52,654 nucleotides of DNA from an uncultured Tepidisphaerales bacterium (GTDB lineage: Bacteria > Planctomycetota > Phycisphaerae > Tepidisphaerales > Tepidisphaeraceae), in assembly GCA_964416015.1 (NCBI GenBank), contig CAYQCT010000002.1, positions 9,109-61,762 of the forward strand. Reading direction: 5' to 3'. Below are positions 43,213 to 52,654 of the stretch, piece by piece. Each line of letters starts with the position of its first letter. Within the stretch, counting starts at the first letter, position 1. The translations under genes and the position numbers were made by a program. Below the pieces are notes generated by a model. That model saw only the letters and a list, made by a program, of their open reading frames with translations, was not told where the DNA came from and did not search any database.

Positions 43213-44526
43213 ATGACGCCAGCCGAACGTCTTGCCGAGAAGATCGAATCCGCCACGGCCACCGTCGGCGTCATCGGCCTCGGCTACGTTGGCCTGCCGC
43301 TGCTCGCCGCCTTCCACGCCGCCGGCTTTTGCGTCCTCGGCTTCGACAAAGATCCGGCGAAGATCGAAGCACTGCACCGCGGCGAGAACTACCTCCGACA
43401 CCTCGGCACGACGCTCGTCGCCGACATGCTCGGCAACCGCTTCGACGCCACCGCGGACCACGGCCGGCTCGGCGAATGCGACGTCGTCCTGGTCTGCGTC
43501 CCAACGCCGCTCGGCAACCATCTGGAACCGGACCTGTCGTACGTCGAACAATCCGCCGAAGACATTGCCGCGACGTTGAGGCCCGGACAGCTGGCGGTTC
43601 TCGAGTCGAGCACGTACCCGCGAACGACGCGAGAAGTCTTCGAACCCCGCTTCCGCGCACTCGGCTTTACAAGTGGCAAGGACGTCTTCATCGCATACTC
43701 GCCCGAACGCGAAGACCCTGGCAGCGCCACACATTCGACGTCCACCATCCCCAAACTCGTCGGCGGCCTCGAAGACCAGAGCGGCAAGCTGGCGGCTGCT
43801 CTTTATCAGAAGGCGATTCGGGCTGAAATTATCCGCGTGCCAAGTGCCGAAGTTGCCGAGTCGGCAAAACTTCTCGAGAACATCTACAGAGCCGTCAACA
43901 TCGCCCTTGTCAACGAGATGAAAGTCGTCCTCGACGCGATGGAGATCGACATCTGGCAGGTCGTCGAAGCCGCAAAGACAAAGCCTTTCGGCTTCCAAGC
44001 ATTCTACCCCGGCCCGGGTCTCGGCGGACACTGCATTCCGATCGACCCGTACTACCTGACGTGGAAAGCCCGCGAGTACGGCCACGCGACACGCTTCATT
44101 GAGCTCGCGGGCGAAGTGAACCGCTCAATGCCGTCGCACGTCGTCGAGAAGGTGATGCTTGCACTCAACGAAGCCGGCAAGGCCGTCCGCGGTAGTCGCG
44201 TGCTTGTGCTGGGACTTGCGTACAAGCCGGACGTCGACGACGTGCGGGAATCGCCGGCATTCGAGTTGATCGAGCGACTGGAGAAGCTTGGGGCGGAGGT
44301 CGATTATCACGATCCGAACGTGCCGCGAACGCACCAGATGCGTCATTACAACATTGAGAAGGAGAGCGTCGCGATGAGCGACAAATCCATCAAGTCGTAC
44401 GATTGCGTGCTCGTCGCGACGAATCACTCGGCCGTCGACTGGAAGGCCCTTGCGGAGAACGCGAAGCTGATCGTGGATACCCGCAATGCCATGAACGGCT
44501 TCGGCGGCAATGTCGTGAAGGCCTGA
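43213..44526 (+). CDS. Nucleotide-sugar dehydrogenase (UDP-N-acetyl-hexosamine 6-dehydrogenase-like, UDP-Glc/GDP-Man DH family)
   Basis: VGVIGLGYVGLPLLAAFHAAGFCVLGFD is a Rossmann fold. The catalytic Cys context is FYPGPGLGGHCIPIDPYYL. VLVLGLAYKPDVDDVRESPA marks the C-terminal UDP-binding domain. The start is ATG 43213 or GTG 43177. Confidence 0.9.
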   Translation: MTPAERLAEKIESATATVGVIGLGYVGLPLLAAFHAAGFCVLGFDKDPAKIEALHRGENYLRHLGTTLVADMLGNRFDATADHGRLGECDVVLVCVPTPLGNHLEPDLSYVEQSAEDIAATLRPGQLAVLESSTYPRTTREVFEPRFRALGFTSGKDVFIAYSPEREDPGSATHSTSTIPKLVGGLEDQSGKLAAALYQKAIRAEIIRVPSAEVAESAKLLENIYRAVNIALVNEMKVVLDAMEIDIWQVVEAAKTKPFGFQAFYPGPGLGGHCIPIDPYYLTWKAREYGHATRFIELAGEVNRSMPSHVVEKVMLALNEAGKAVRGSRVLVLGLAYKPDVDDVRESPAFELIERLEKLGAEVDYHDPNVPRTHQMRHYNIEKESVAMSDKSIKSYDCVLVATNHSAVDWKALAENAKLIVDTRNAMNGFGGNVVKA

Positions 44527-44529
44527 CGC

Positions 44530-47451
44530 CTACTCGTACTGCGACATCGGCGGGCAGCTGCATTGCAAGTTGCGGTCGCCGTAGACGTTGTCGATCCGAC
44601 CGATGCTGGGCCAAAACTTGTTCGCCCTGAGCGACTTCACCGGGTATGCCGCAACCTGACGCGAGTACGGACGCTGCCACTCGTCGGCCGTGACCGCCGC
44701 CGCCGTGTGCGGGGCGTTGTGCAACGGGTTGTCGTCGCTCGGCCAACCACCTTGCTCAATCTTTCGTATCTCCTCGCGAATCGCCAGCATCGCGTCGCAA
44801 AAGCGGTCGAGCTCGGCCAGATCTTCGCTCTCCGTCGGCTCGATCATCAGCGTCCCCGGGACCGGCCAACTCATTGTCGGAGCGTGAAAACCATAATCGA
44901 TCAACCGCTTGGCGACGTCCTCGACGGTCACATCCGCCGCCTTCTCAAAGGGGCGGCAGTCGACGACAAATTCGTGTGCGACGCGACCACTCGTTCCAAC
45001 GAACAGAACGTCAAAGTTGCCTTCAAGTCGTTTCGCCATGTAGTTGGCGTTGAGAATCGCAACTTCGCTTGCCCGTCGCAGACCGGCCGGGCCCATCATT
45101 GCAAGGTACATCCAGCTGATCGGCAGGATCGATGGGCTTCCGTACGGTGCGGCGCTAACGGCGTTCGCCTCCGTGTCCGTCGGCATGCCCGGCAGGAAGT
45201 CGCCCAGGTGCGGCTTGGCACAGATCGGCCCCATCCCCGGCCCGCCGCCGCCGTGGGGGATGCAGAAAGTTTTGTGCAGATTCAGGTGACAAACGTCCGC
45301 CCCAAAATCGCCCGGCCGGCAAAGGCCGACCTGGGCGTTCATGTTTGCGCCATCCATATAAACCTGCCCGCCGCGGTCGTGGATGACTTGGCAGACCTCG
45401 CGAATCTCCGCCTCGAAGACGCCGTGCGTGCTCGGGTATGTGACCATCAACGCTGCCAGATTCTCCGCGTGCTGGTCGGCCTTTCGCGTCAGGTCGTCCA
45501 GGTCGACATCGCCGTTCGGCCTCGTCTTGACGACGACGACTTTCATGCCGCAGATGACGGCACTCGCCGGGTTCGTGCCGTGCGCACTATCGGGTATCAG
45601 GCAAATCGTCCGGTTCTCATTGCCGCGGCTTCGGTGGTACCGGCGAATCGCGAGCAGCCCGGCGTACTCGCCCTGACTGCCCGCGTTCGGCTGCAGGCTG
45701 ACCGAAGGCAGGCCCGTCAGCTCGCCCAGCCAGTCCCGCAGGTCTGCAAACATCTCGGCATATCCTCGTGCTTGTTCGGCCGGAACGTACGGGTGCAGCT
45801 CGCCGAACTCGGGCCACGTTACGGGCAGCATTTCACTCGTCGCGTTCAGCTTCATCGTGCACGAACCGAGCGGGATCATGCCGTGCACGAGCGAGTAGTC
45901 CTTACTTTGCAATGAGTACAGGTAACGCGTCAACCCTGCTTCGCTGTGGTATTGATGAAACGTTGGGTGAGTGAGAAAGTCACTGTTCCGCCCGAGCGAC
46001 CCAAGTGGTGCCGCCGCGTCGGCTTCTTCGGCGAGTTCGGCGACGTTCAGTCGGAACGTGCTGCCGCCGGCAAAACACTCGATCAGCCGACGGACCTCGT
46101 CTGCGTCGCTGCGCTCGTCGAGCGTAATGCCGACCCGGCCGTCGCCGAAGTCGCGGAGGTTGAAACCTTGGCTTGACGCTGCCGACAGCACCGCCTCCAC
46201 CGGCAAGCCCTGCGGCTCAACGGCAATCGTGTCGAAGACCGGACCATCGCCGACGAAGTGGCCGAGACGCTGCATTCCTGCCGACAAAGCGGCCGTCAGC
46301 GTGCGGACGCGTGTCGCAATAAGCGTCAGTCCCTGCGGCCCGTGGTAGACGCCGAACATGCCGGCCATGACGGCGAGCAGAACTTGGGCCGTGCAGATGT
46401 TGCTCGTCGCCTTCTCGCGACGAATGTGCTGTTCCCGCGTCTGCAGCGTCAGCCGGTAGGCGACGTTGCCGTGGGCGTCTTTACTGACACCGACAATGCG
46501 ACCCGGCATGCGGCGTGCGTATTCCTCACGGCACGCCATGAAAGCCGCGTGCGGCCCGCCGTAGCCCATCGGCACGCCGAACCTCTGACTGTTTCCGATC
46601 GCGATGTCCGCGCCCCATTCGCCCGCCGGCCGAAGCAGGATCGACGCAAGAAGATCTGTCGCGGCGATTACAAGTCCACCGGCTTCGTGCACCGCATCAG
46701 CTAATTCGGTATAGTCTCGAACGGCACCGTCTGTCGCCGGGTACTGCACTAGAATTGCGAAGCAGTCCTCCGAAACATCCCGCATTCCGTGTTCCGTGTT
46801 CCACATTTCCACCTTGATCCCCATCGATCGCGCTCGCGTGCTCACGACGCCGATGGTTTGTGGGTGACAGTCGGCGGCGACGACGAACGTGTTCTTGGTC
46901 TTGCCTTTGAGGCTCTTGGCCATCGTCATTGCTTCGGCTGCCGCGGTGGCCTCGTCGAGGAGCGACGCGTTCGCCAGCGGCAGGGCGGTCAGGTCGGCGA
47001 TCATCTGCTGATAGACCAGCAACGCCTCGAGCCGACCTTGACTGATTTCGGCCTGGTACGGCGTGTAGGCCGTGTACCACGCGGGGTTCTCCAAGACGTT
47101 CCGCAGGATCGGCGGCGGCGTCCGGGTGGCGGCATACCCCTGTCCAATGAGGCTGCGGCGGACGTCGTTTTTCGCCGCCATCTCCCGGAGCCGCGCCAAG
47201 GCCGCCGACTCCGTCAATCCTCGGCCGAGACCCGACAGTTCGAGCTCTCGATCAAGCCGAATTTGCTCCGGCACCGCCTGACGCATGAGTTCGTCGATCG
47301 AGTCGACGCCGAGCGCATCGAGCATTGTCCGCTGCTGTTTCGCGTCCGGCCCAAGGTGCCGACGCGGGAAAGTATCGCAGGGCACGAGCAGGGCCTCCGT
47401 CGCCACGCCCGCCACATTGCCTGGGTCCGTCTGCACGTCAAGTAGCGTCAT
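44530..47451 (-). CDS. gcvP: Glycine dehydrogenase (decarboxylating), single-chain P protein
   Basis: 973-aa protein. FPRRHLGP...[46 protein letters not shown]...[19 protein letters not shown] (PLP Lys)...[21 protein letters not shown]. Confidence 0.95.
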   Translation of the reverse strand: MTLLDVQTDPGNVAGVATEALLVPCDTFPRRHLGPDAKQQRTMLDALGVDSIDELMRQAVPEQIRLDRELELSGLGRGLTESAALARLREMAAKNDVRRSLIGQGYAATRTPPPILRNVLENPAWYTAYTPYQAEISQGRLEALLVYQQMIADLTALPLANASLLDEATAAAEAMTMAKSLKGKTKNTFVVAADCHPQTIGVVSTRARSMGIKVEMWNTEHGMRDVSEDCFAILVQYPATDGAVRDYTELADAVHEAGGLVIAATDLLASILLRPAGEWGADIAIGNSQRFGVPMGYGGPHAAFMACREEYARRMPGRIVGVSKDAHGNVAYRLTLQTREQHIRREKATSNICTAQVLLAVMAGMFGVYHGPQGLTLIATRVRTLTAALSAGMQRLGHFVGDGPVFDTIAVEPQGLPVEAVLSAASSQGFNLRDFGDGRVGITLDERSDADEVRRLIECFAGGSTFRLNVAELAEEADAAAPLGSLGRNSDFLTHPTFHQYHSEAGLTRYLYSLQSKDYSLVHGMIPLGSCTMKLNATSEMLPVTWPEFGELHPYVPAEQARGYAEMFADLRDWLGELTGLPSVSLQPNAGSQGEYAGLLAIRRYHRSRGNENRTICLIPDSAHGTNPASAVICGMKVVVVKTRPNGDVDLDDLTRKADQHAENLAALMVTYPSTHGVFEAEIREVCQVIHDRGGQVYMDGANMNAQVGLCRPGDFGADVCHLNLHKTFCIPHGGGGPGMGPICAKPHLGDFLPGMPTDTEANAVSAAPYGSPSILPISWMYLAMMGPAGLRRASEVAILNANYMAKRLEGNFDVLFVGTSGRVAHEFVVDCRPFEKAADVTVEDVAKRLIDYGFHAPTMSWPVPGTLMIEPTESEDLAELDRFCDAMLAIREEIRKIEQGGWPSDDNPLHNAPHTAAAVTADEWQRPYSRQVAAYPVKSLRANKFWPSIGRIDNVYGDRNLQCSCPPMSQYE

Positions 47452-47546
47452 CGCCGGATGTTACGCGGCCGCCGGGTCAGCTTCGGCCTGTTGCCGCGCT
47501 GCGTCTGGTGAAAGTTGCGCTGGCCAGGATCTGGTACAACACGCAG

Positions 47547-50318
47547 ATGCGAATTGCGTTGCTCTTGCTTTGTCTGCTTACCTCGCCGGCCTTCGCCGAG
47601 CCGACGAACTTGTTGCGAAACGGGTCGTTCGAGGGGGCGTTGCTGTACTGGCACGGTGAAGACGCGGCGAAGACGAAGGTCACGCTTTCCGAAGAGGCCC
47701 GGAGCGGGCGATACGCGTTGCGGATCGATGGCGACTGGGTGGCGAGTGCGCCGATTCCGATGGAGAAGGACGCGAACTACACGGTGAGTTTCTGGGCCAA
47801 AGCCGACGGCGAGGCGGGTCGCGTGAGCATCTCGGTCCCGCCGACGGCGCGGGAAGTCGCGCAAAAGGCGAAGAGGATTTGGACGAAGGGGGCCGGCAAG
47901 AGCGTCGCAGTCGATGGCGAGTGGACGCGGTACAGCGTGACGTTTCCGGCGGACGTGCCGACGACGGGGTTTTGGCCGCAGCCGCATTACATGGTTGTCA
48001 TCAGCGGGGCCAAGGAGAAGCCGGTGCTGGTCGACGGGATGACCGTGACGAAGGGCGAGACGCGGACGGAGGACTACGTCGGGCGGGCGGCGGTGGAGGT
48101 CGTTGTGGCGTGTACGAATCTGCCGGGCTATCGCGGGGCGGCGGGGAACGTGTTCGAGGTGGGCGAGACGGCAGAGATGGTGGCTTACATCAACAATGCG
48201 ATTGATGAGGCGCAGACGGTGCGGCCGGTTTGGCGGACGATGGATTACGAGAACGCGGCGCAGATGGGGGACGGGCATCTGGGTGATGCTGTGACGCTTG
48301 AGGCGGGCGAGACGGTGGCGGTGAAGCATTCGATTCCGCTGGCGTTCAGGGGGCTTGCGCTGGGCGAGGTTCTTGTGATCGATGAGGCGAACGCGATGAT
48401 CGACTCGAGTGCGTTTCCGTTGGCCACGCTGCCGTTTCCGATGGAGTCAAAGGAAGGGAACTTTGACGAGCGGTTCGGCGGAAGCTTCGCCGGCGGGGTC
48501 GAAGTGCTGGACAAGTTTCAGCGAATCGGGTTCGGGTGGACGCGGTGGTGGCCGAAGCAGAAGTGGCACAACATGGAGCCGGAGGAAGGCCAGTACGACT
48601 GGCAGAACGAGAAGTATCAGCAGGCCTTCGACCGCGGCGTGGCGTGTCACGTGACGCTCTACGGGTGGCCCAAGTGGGCGATGGAGAAGGGTCATCCGCT
48701 GCCGAAGGACATGCGGTGGAAGGCGGACGATCCGCGGTGGGAGGACCTGTCGGTCGAGACATCATGGGACCGTTTCATCGTCGCGGCGGTCGAGAACTTT
48801 CGTGGGAAGCCGGTCGTCTTCGAGATCAGCAACGAGCCCGGCTTCGACGATTGGGACGACTATGGCGACGAGTACGTGAAGTTCAACGAGCGGACGGCGG
48901 CGCTAATCAAGAAGACGGACGCGGAAGCCGTCGTCATGGTGAACAATACCTACAAGAACCCGAGTCGGCCGAACGCGAGGCTACTTGCGAAGGGCGATCT
49001 GTCGAACATCGACGTCTGGTCGTGGCACGACTACAAAGCCGGGTGGTTGATCGACGCGACGGGCATCAAGCAAATGCGGCAGATGCTCGATGAAGCCGGC
49101 ACGAATGAAGGCGGCGGAGAGCACATCGAAATCTGGTTCAACGAAGGCTGGGCCTTTACGAACACGGCCGTCGATCAACCGATCGCGGCGACGAGTTTGA
49201 CCGCGGCTGAGAGTACGAACGCGATCTTCAACAGTGTGGTCGAGGCGACCGTGAACGGGCAGGAGAAGACGGTGCTCTTTCATACTGCCTACGGCACGCA
49301 TGGCATGAGCTTCTGGGACTACTCGATTCCCGGGACAATGCTGTGGGACTGGTACAGCTATCCGACGCCGCTCGTGCCGGCGTGGAACGTGCTCAATCAT
49401 CACATCGGCCTGAGCGACGCGATCGGCCACGTCCGGCCGATCGGCGGGAACCTGGCGATCTTTCAGGATCTTCGCAACGGCCGCGGCGTGATGATCGCAT
49501 ACGCGGACCGGTCGGCGACAAAGGACGTGACGATCGAGCTGCCGGCCTTCGGCACGAAGCTGATGGCGGAGGACGCGATGGGCAACGCGGAGGAGTTCGA
49601 TGGGACGACGCTCACGCTTTCGCAGACGGGGCGGCCGGTGCTGCTGTACGCGGCGGACAAGTCGCTTACGGGACAGGCGATGCACGACGCGGTGCTGCCG
49701 CTGGATCGGAGCAACGCGGGCTTCGCTACGACAAACGGCGGGTTGACCCGCTACGCCCTGCCGCCGGCGTGGGAGGGCGTGGAGAAAGGGTCGAGCGAGG
49801 GCAGCGTCGTGTCGAGCGACGGCGTGCCGATCTGGAGGGTCGAGCAGGTTTGGCCGTTCGAGCCGATGGAGGCGGGCAGCTACCGCCCGCTCGTCTGGGG
49901 CGGCACGCAGTGGGTCGCCAGCAGTGACGGCTTCGGCGGACAGCCGCAGGTGAAGATGAAGGACGCGTCGCTCGAGTTCGGCACACGAGCTAGCCACGGC
50001 ACACCGCCCCGCGTGCGGACGGCAGCGTTGTCGTTCATCGTACCGGAAGACGGCAACTACCAGATTACGGGCTCGGCCCGCGTGCGGCTTTGGGAAGGCA
50101 AGAGCCCGACGAAGTTGTTCGTGCTTCACCAATCCGGCGATTCGATGGCGAAAGTGAAGGAGTACGTCATCCCGAACAAGGAGATCGCCCGCTTCGAAGG
50201 CGTGACGGTCGAGGCCGCCGCGGGCGACGTGCTACGGTTCGTCCCGCAGATCGAAGGCATGTACGCCGGCGGTACGCTATGGCTACGCGATCTGGCGGTG
50301 ACGCAACAAAGTCGATGA
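47547..50318 (+). CDS. Secreted glycoside hydrolase-like protein (clan GH-A TIM barrel) with N-terminal CBM-like jelly-roll
   Basis: Track ORF trimmed to the ATG at 47547: MRIALLLLCLLTSPAFAEP, a classical Sec signal. NLLRNGSFEGALLYWHG is a CBM4/9-type start. WTRWWPKQKWHNMEPEEGQYDW...PVVFEISNEPG contains the NEP acid/base motif. The long C-terminal beta-rich region is of unknown function. Confidence 0.75.
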   Translation: MRIALLLLCLLTSPAFAEPTNLLRNGSFEGALLYWHGEDAAKTKVTLSEEARSGRYALRIDGDWVASAPIPMEKDANYTVSFWAKADGEAGRVSISVPPTAREVAQKAKRIWTKGAGKSVAVDGEWTRYSVTFPADVPTTGFWPQPHYMVVISGAKEKPVLVDGMTVTKGETRTEDYVGRAAVEVVVACTNLPGYRGAAGNVFEVGETAEMVAYINNAIDEAQTVRPVWRTMDYENAAQMGDGHLGDAVTLEAGETVAVKHSIPLAFRGLALGEVLVIDEANAMIDSSAFPLATLPFPMESKEGNFDERFGGSFAGGVEVLDKFQRIGFGWTRWWPKQKWHNMEPEEGQYDWQNEKYQQAFDRGVACHVTLYGWPKWAMEKGHPLPKDMRWKADDPRWEDLSVETSWDRFIVAAVENFRGKPVVFEISNEPGFDDWDDYGDEYVKFNERTAALIKKTDAEAVVMVNNTYKNPSRPNARLLAKGDLSNIDVWSWHDYKAGWLIDATGIKQMRQMLDEAGTNEGGGEHIEIWFNEGWAFTNTAVDQPIAATSLTAAESTNAIFNSVVEATVNGQEKTVLFHTAYGTHGMSFWDYSIPGTMLWDWYSYPTPLVPAWNVLNHHIGLSDAIGHVRPIGGNLAIFQDLRNGRGVMIAYADRSATKDVTIELPAFGTKLMAEDAMGNAEEFDGTTLTLSQTGRPVLLYAADKSLTGQAMHDAVLPLDRSNAGFATTNGGLTRYALPPAWEGVEKGSSEGSVVSSDGVPIWRVEQVWPFEPMEAGSYRPLVWGGTQWVASSDGFGGQPQVKMKDASLEFGTRASHGTPPRVRTAALSFIVPEDGNYQITGSARVRLWEGKSPTKLFVLHQSGDSMAKVKEYVIPNKEIARFEGVTVEAAAGDVLRFVPQIEGMYAGGTLWLRDLAVTQQSR

Positions 50319-50365
50319 GCTTTTGCGAACGACCGTCAGGCCACTCTTGCTCTATAGGCGAAGAT

Positions 50366-52654
50366 CTATAGAAGGCTCACCGGATCCACGTCGACGGCGA
50401 CGCGGTCGTTTTGCGACAGATGCCCGGCGGCGCGGACGGTGGCGAGCGTGCGTTGCAGCGGCTGGGGTGTGGCAGCGGTGAGGACGATCTGCTGGCGAAA
50501 GTAGCCGGCGATGCGGGCGATGGCGCACGGCATCGGACCCTCGATCGTCGTGTCGCCGGCGGCGGCGTCGGTGAAGACGCCGGTCAGTGCGGCGGCCTTC
50601 GTCATCACCGTTTCCTCGTCACGGTCTCGCAGGACAATTCGCACCATCCGGCCGAACGGCGGCAGGTTCGTCTGGCGACGCGCCTCCAGCTCCCGCGTCG
50701 CGAAGCCGGCGAAGTCCTGGCGAAGCGCAGCCCGAATCGTGTCGTCGTAGGGCTGGAACGTCTGCAGCACGACCCGCCCCGGCACGTCCCCGCGACCGGC
50801 CCGGCCGGCGACCTGCGTGATCAATGCGAAGGTCCGCTCGGCCGCGCGGAAGTCGGGCAGGCTCAAACTCGTGTCGCCACTGATAATTCCGACAAGACTC
50901 ACGTTCGGGAAGTCGAGTCCCTTGGCAATCATCTGCGTCCCCATTAGCACATCAACGTCACCGGCGGCGAAGCGGCGAAGCACCTTCTCATAGTCGCCCG
51001 CGTTCCGCATGGAATCGGAGTCGACGCGTTCAAATCGAACGTCGGGAAACTTGCGAGTTATCTCTTCCTCGACACGTTGCGTGCCGAGTCCGAAGAGCGA
51101 CAGATTGCCGCCGGCCCGTTTGGCGGCATTGTCAAGCGGATCGACCGCGAGGCAGTAGTGGCAGTGCAGTTGGCCGGTGTGCAACGCCTTGACGAACTGG
51201 GCTCCGATCGGCCCCTCGCCGGCGGTGCGGTGGTAAGTCATCGTCGCGTCGCAGAACCGACACGTCACCGGCTCGTCCGTGCTCGGGTTGTAGACGAAGT
51301 TGGCGTAACCGCGGCGATTCAGAAGAAGAATTGCCTGTTGGCCTTGCTCGATCGTGTGCTTGAGCAGCGTCTCGAGCCGCGGCGAGAGCAGGTGGACGCC
51401 CTTGCGAAGGCGGGCGACTTCCTTGAGGTCGACGACCTCGATCGTCGGCATCGGGCGGTCGTGCACGCGGGCGGGGAGCTCGTGCAGGCGGTGCGGATGA
51501 GCCGGAGATCGCGAAGACGCGAAGGCGCGAAGAGAGAGGCGAGAATCAGATAATGTTGAGCCCTCTCCTTCTGAATCCACTTCCTTCCTTCGCTTCTCTC
51601 TTCGCCCCTTCGCGTCTTCGCGATCTCCGAACGCCCGCAAGTACGATTCCAACGATGGCGTAGCACTTCCCAGTACGACGGGACACGAATGTAGTTGTCC
51701 TCGCTTTATCGCAACGTCGCGTGCGTGGTAGCGTGGGGCCGTGTCCTGTTTGTAGGAAGATTCGTGCTCCTCGTCGACGACGAATAACCCCGGCTGCGGG
51801 ACGGGAGCGAAGATGGCGGAGCGGGCGCCGACCACGACGTCGGCGCGGCCCGAGGCGATGTCGCGCCAGTGGCGGTGACGGGCGCCTGCGGAGAGGCCGC
51901 TGTGGAGGACGGCGACGCGGCGGAAACGTTCGGTGAATCGCCGCACCGTTTGTGGCGTCAGGGCAATTTCGGGAACGAGCATCACCGCCTGCTTGCCGGC
52001 GGCGATGGCCTCGGCGATGAGGCGGAGGTAGACCTCGGTCTTGCCGCTGCCGGTGACGCCGAGCAGGAGGTCCGTGCCGAAGACGCCTTCGCGGACACGC
52101 GGCGTCATCGCCTCGACGGCGGCCGCCTGGTGCGGATTGAGCGTCGGCAGCACCGCGTCTTCGTTCACTGCCGGGCCGGCGTCGCGGGGTGTCGCGTCGG
52201 CGTCGGGGGCGTCGGCTTCGCTGCGGATCGTGACGACGCCGAGCTGTTGCAGCTTGCGGACCGTCGGCACGGTTACGCCCGCTTCGCTGGCGAGTCGCAC
52301 CGTGTCGATGGCGGTGTCCTGCGGAAGTTGCAGGAGTCGCGCGAGCAGGCCGCGACGCTTCTTGGCTGTGGTTTTCTCGAACAACGTCTGGATCTCGTCG
52401 TGCGGCATCGCCAGCCGCACGCGGCTCGTCGAGCCGACGCCGATCCGCTTTTTTACCGCGCCCGGCACCATGCTCTCGAGGACAAGGCCCAGCGCGCAGC
52501 AGTAGTACCGGCCGATCCAGCGAGCCAATTCCATCATCGGTCCGGCGACGAGCTGTCGGTCGTCGTCGATGCCGATGACCGGCTTCAGCTTCGTCGCAGC
52601 AAACCCGGCGGCGGCCTCGTCGAACGTGTCCCGGACGGACACGACAAAGCCGAA
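50366..52654 (-). CDS. priA: Primosomal protein N' (replication restart helicase PriA); N-terminus lies beyond the window end
   Basis: LLLGVTGSGKTEVYLRLIAEAI (Walker A), LFVVDEEHESSYKQ (DExH), the Cys-rich Zn region CRFCDATMTYH...LHCHYCL, and LMGTQMIAKGLDFPNVSLVG. The frame stays open through 52654 (..FGFVVSVRD..), so the GTG at 52642 is probably not the true start. Confidence 0.9.
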   Translation of the reverse strand, partial: FGFVVSVRDTFDEAAAGFAATKLKPVIGIDDDRQLVAGPMMELARWIGRYYCCALGLVLESMVPGAVKKRIGVGSTSRVRLAMPHDEIQTLFEKTTAKKRRGLLARLLQLPQDTAIDTVRLASEAGVTVPTVRKLQQLGVVTIRSEADAPDADATPRDAGPAVNEDAVLPTLNPHQAAAVEAMTPRVREGVFGTDLLLGVTGSGKTEVYLRLIAEAIAAGKQAVMLVPEIALTPQTVRRFTERFRRVAVLHSGLSAGARHRHWRDIASGRADVVVGARSAIFAPVPQPGLFVVDEEHESSYKQDTAPRYHARDVAIKRGQLHSCPVVLGSATPSLESYLRAFGDREDAKGRREKRRKEVDSEGEGSTLSDSRLSLRAFASSRSPAHPHRLHELPARVHDRPMPTIEVVDLKEVARLRKGVHLLSPRLETLLKHTIEQGQQAILLLNRRGYANFVYNPSTDEPVTCRFCDATMTYHRTAGEGPIGAQFVKALHTGQLHCHYCLAVDPLDNAAKRAGGNLSLFGLGTQRVEEEITRKFPDVRFERVDSDSMRNAGDYEKVLRRFAAGDVDVLMGTQMIAKGLDFPNVSLVGIISGDTSLSLPDFRAAERTFALITQVAGRAGRGDVPGRVVLQTFQPYDDTIRAALRQDFAGFATRELEARRQTNLPPFGRMVRIVLRDRDEETVMTKAAALTGVFTDAAAGDTTIEGPMPCAIARIAGYFRQQIVLTAATPQPLQRTLATVRAAGHLSQNDRVAVDVDPVSLL
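51504..51628. repeat. About 125-bp palindromic (MITE/REP/RPE-like) element embedded in-frame in priA
   Basis: The left arm at 51504-51544 is GGAGATCGCGAAGACGCGAAGGCGCGAAGAGAGAGGCGAGA. The reverse complement of the right arm at 51588-51628 is GGAGATCGCGAAGACGCGAAGGGGCGAAGAGAGAAGCGAAG. About 37 of 41 positions are identical. The 43-bp centre is AT-richer (atcagataatgttgagccctctccttctgaatccacttccttc). Confidence 0.75.

Noticed and set aside
44563-45915. 450-aa plus-strand ORF
   Set aside because: It is antisense to gcvP and has no motifs.
51504-51640. Duplicated 'LRAF' peptide flanking the priA insert as a target-site duplication
   Set aside because: The second LRAF is encoded by the palindrome arm itself (cgc gcc ttc). 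The nucleotides immediately flanking the two arms (..gcgttc / ggctca..) are not direct repeats. I cannot call a TSD.
1-52654. Scan for rRNA, tRNA, CRISPR arrays, transposases, integrases and phage genes
   Set aside because: I found no cloverleaf-like segments (no GGTTCGAATCC-type T-arms) in any intergenic spacer, no regularly spaced repeat arrays and no DDE/tyrosine-recombinase motifs in any credible ORF. The scan was by eye only. tRNAscan-SE, Infernal and CRISPR finders should be run to confirm.

Overview
This is a very GC-rich bacterial chromosomal segment, roughly two-thirds G+C by eye (not computed). I infer Planctomycetota from the gene content: a DUF1559-type pseudopilin, LE-x-RR-LL N-terminal leaders, dockerin-like C-termini, futalosine-pathway mqnA and an exosortase/PEP-CTERM system. 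I can support about 33 protein-coding genes. I found no rRNA, tRNA, CRISPR array, transposase or integrase. Many long ORFs in the supplied track are antisense or off-frame artefacts of the high GC content (Arg/Pro/Gly-rich translations) and I rejected them.

Housekeeping genes:
- partial ABC ATPase, VOC-family protein, yebC, eda
- mqnA, rho, a DUF2254 membrane protein, a beta-propeller lipoprotein, thrC
- mutY, gcvP, partial priA

Accessory content falls into four blocks:
1. A minus-strand envelope/EPS operon at 2.2-8.3 kb: small membrane protein, FAD oxidoreductase, secreted glycosidase-like protein, GT4 glycosyltransferase, Wzy/O-antigen-ligase-like protein.
2. A 'protease island' at 8.4-20.5 kb: S1 protease, 1232-aa parallel beta-helix protein, S8 kexin-like protease with a P-domain, M8 leishmanolysin-like protease, membrane-fused M28 peptidase.
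3. An exosortase module at 27.4-40.2 kb: divergent M50 site-2 protease, Wza-like export protein, exosortase, EpsI, a 1657-aa TPR protein and a BY-kinase.
4. At 41.2-44.5 kb, a single PEP-CTERM protein translationally coupled to a DUF1559 pseudopilin, next to a nucleotide-sugar dehydrogenase.

Most interesting observations:
- Five clustered secreted proteins carry the same non-Sec, non-Tat leader motif L-E-x-R-R-[LMH]-L-[AS].
- Three of those five share an Ig-like plus double dockerin-like C-terminal cassette, and no cohesin partner is visible.
- The dibasic-specific-looking S8 convertase sits among them and is a candidate leader peptidase.
- A roughly 125-bp near-perfect palindromic element is embedded in-frame in priA, analogous to Rickettsia RPE insertions.

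All functional calls come from motif recognition by eye. No database searches were run.
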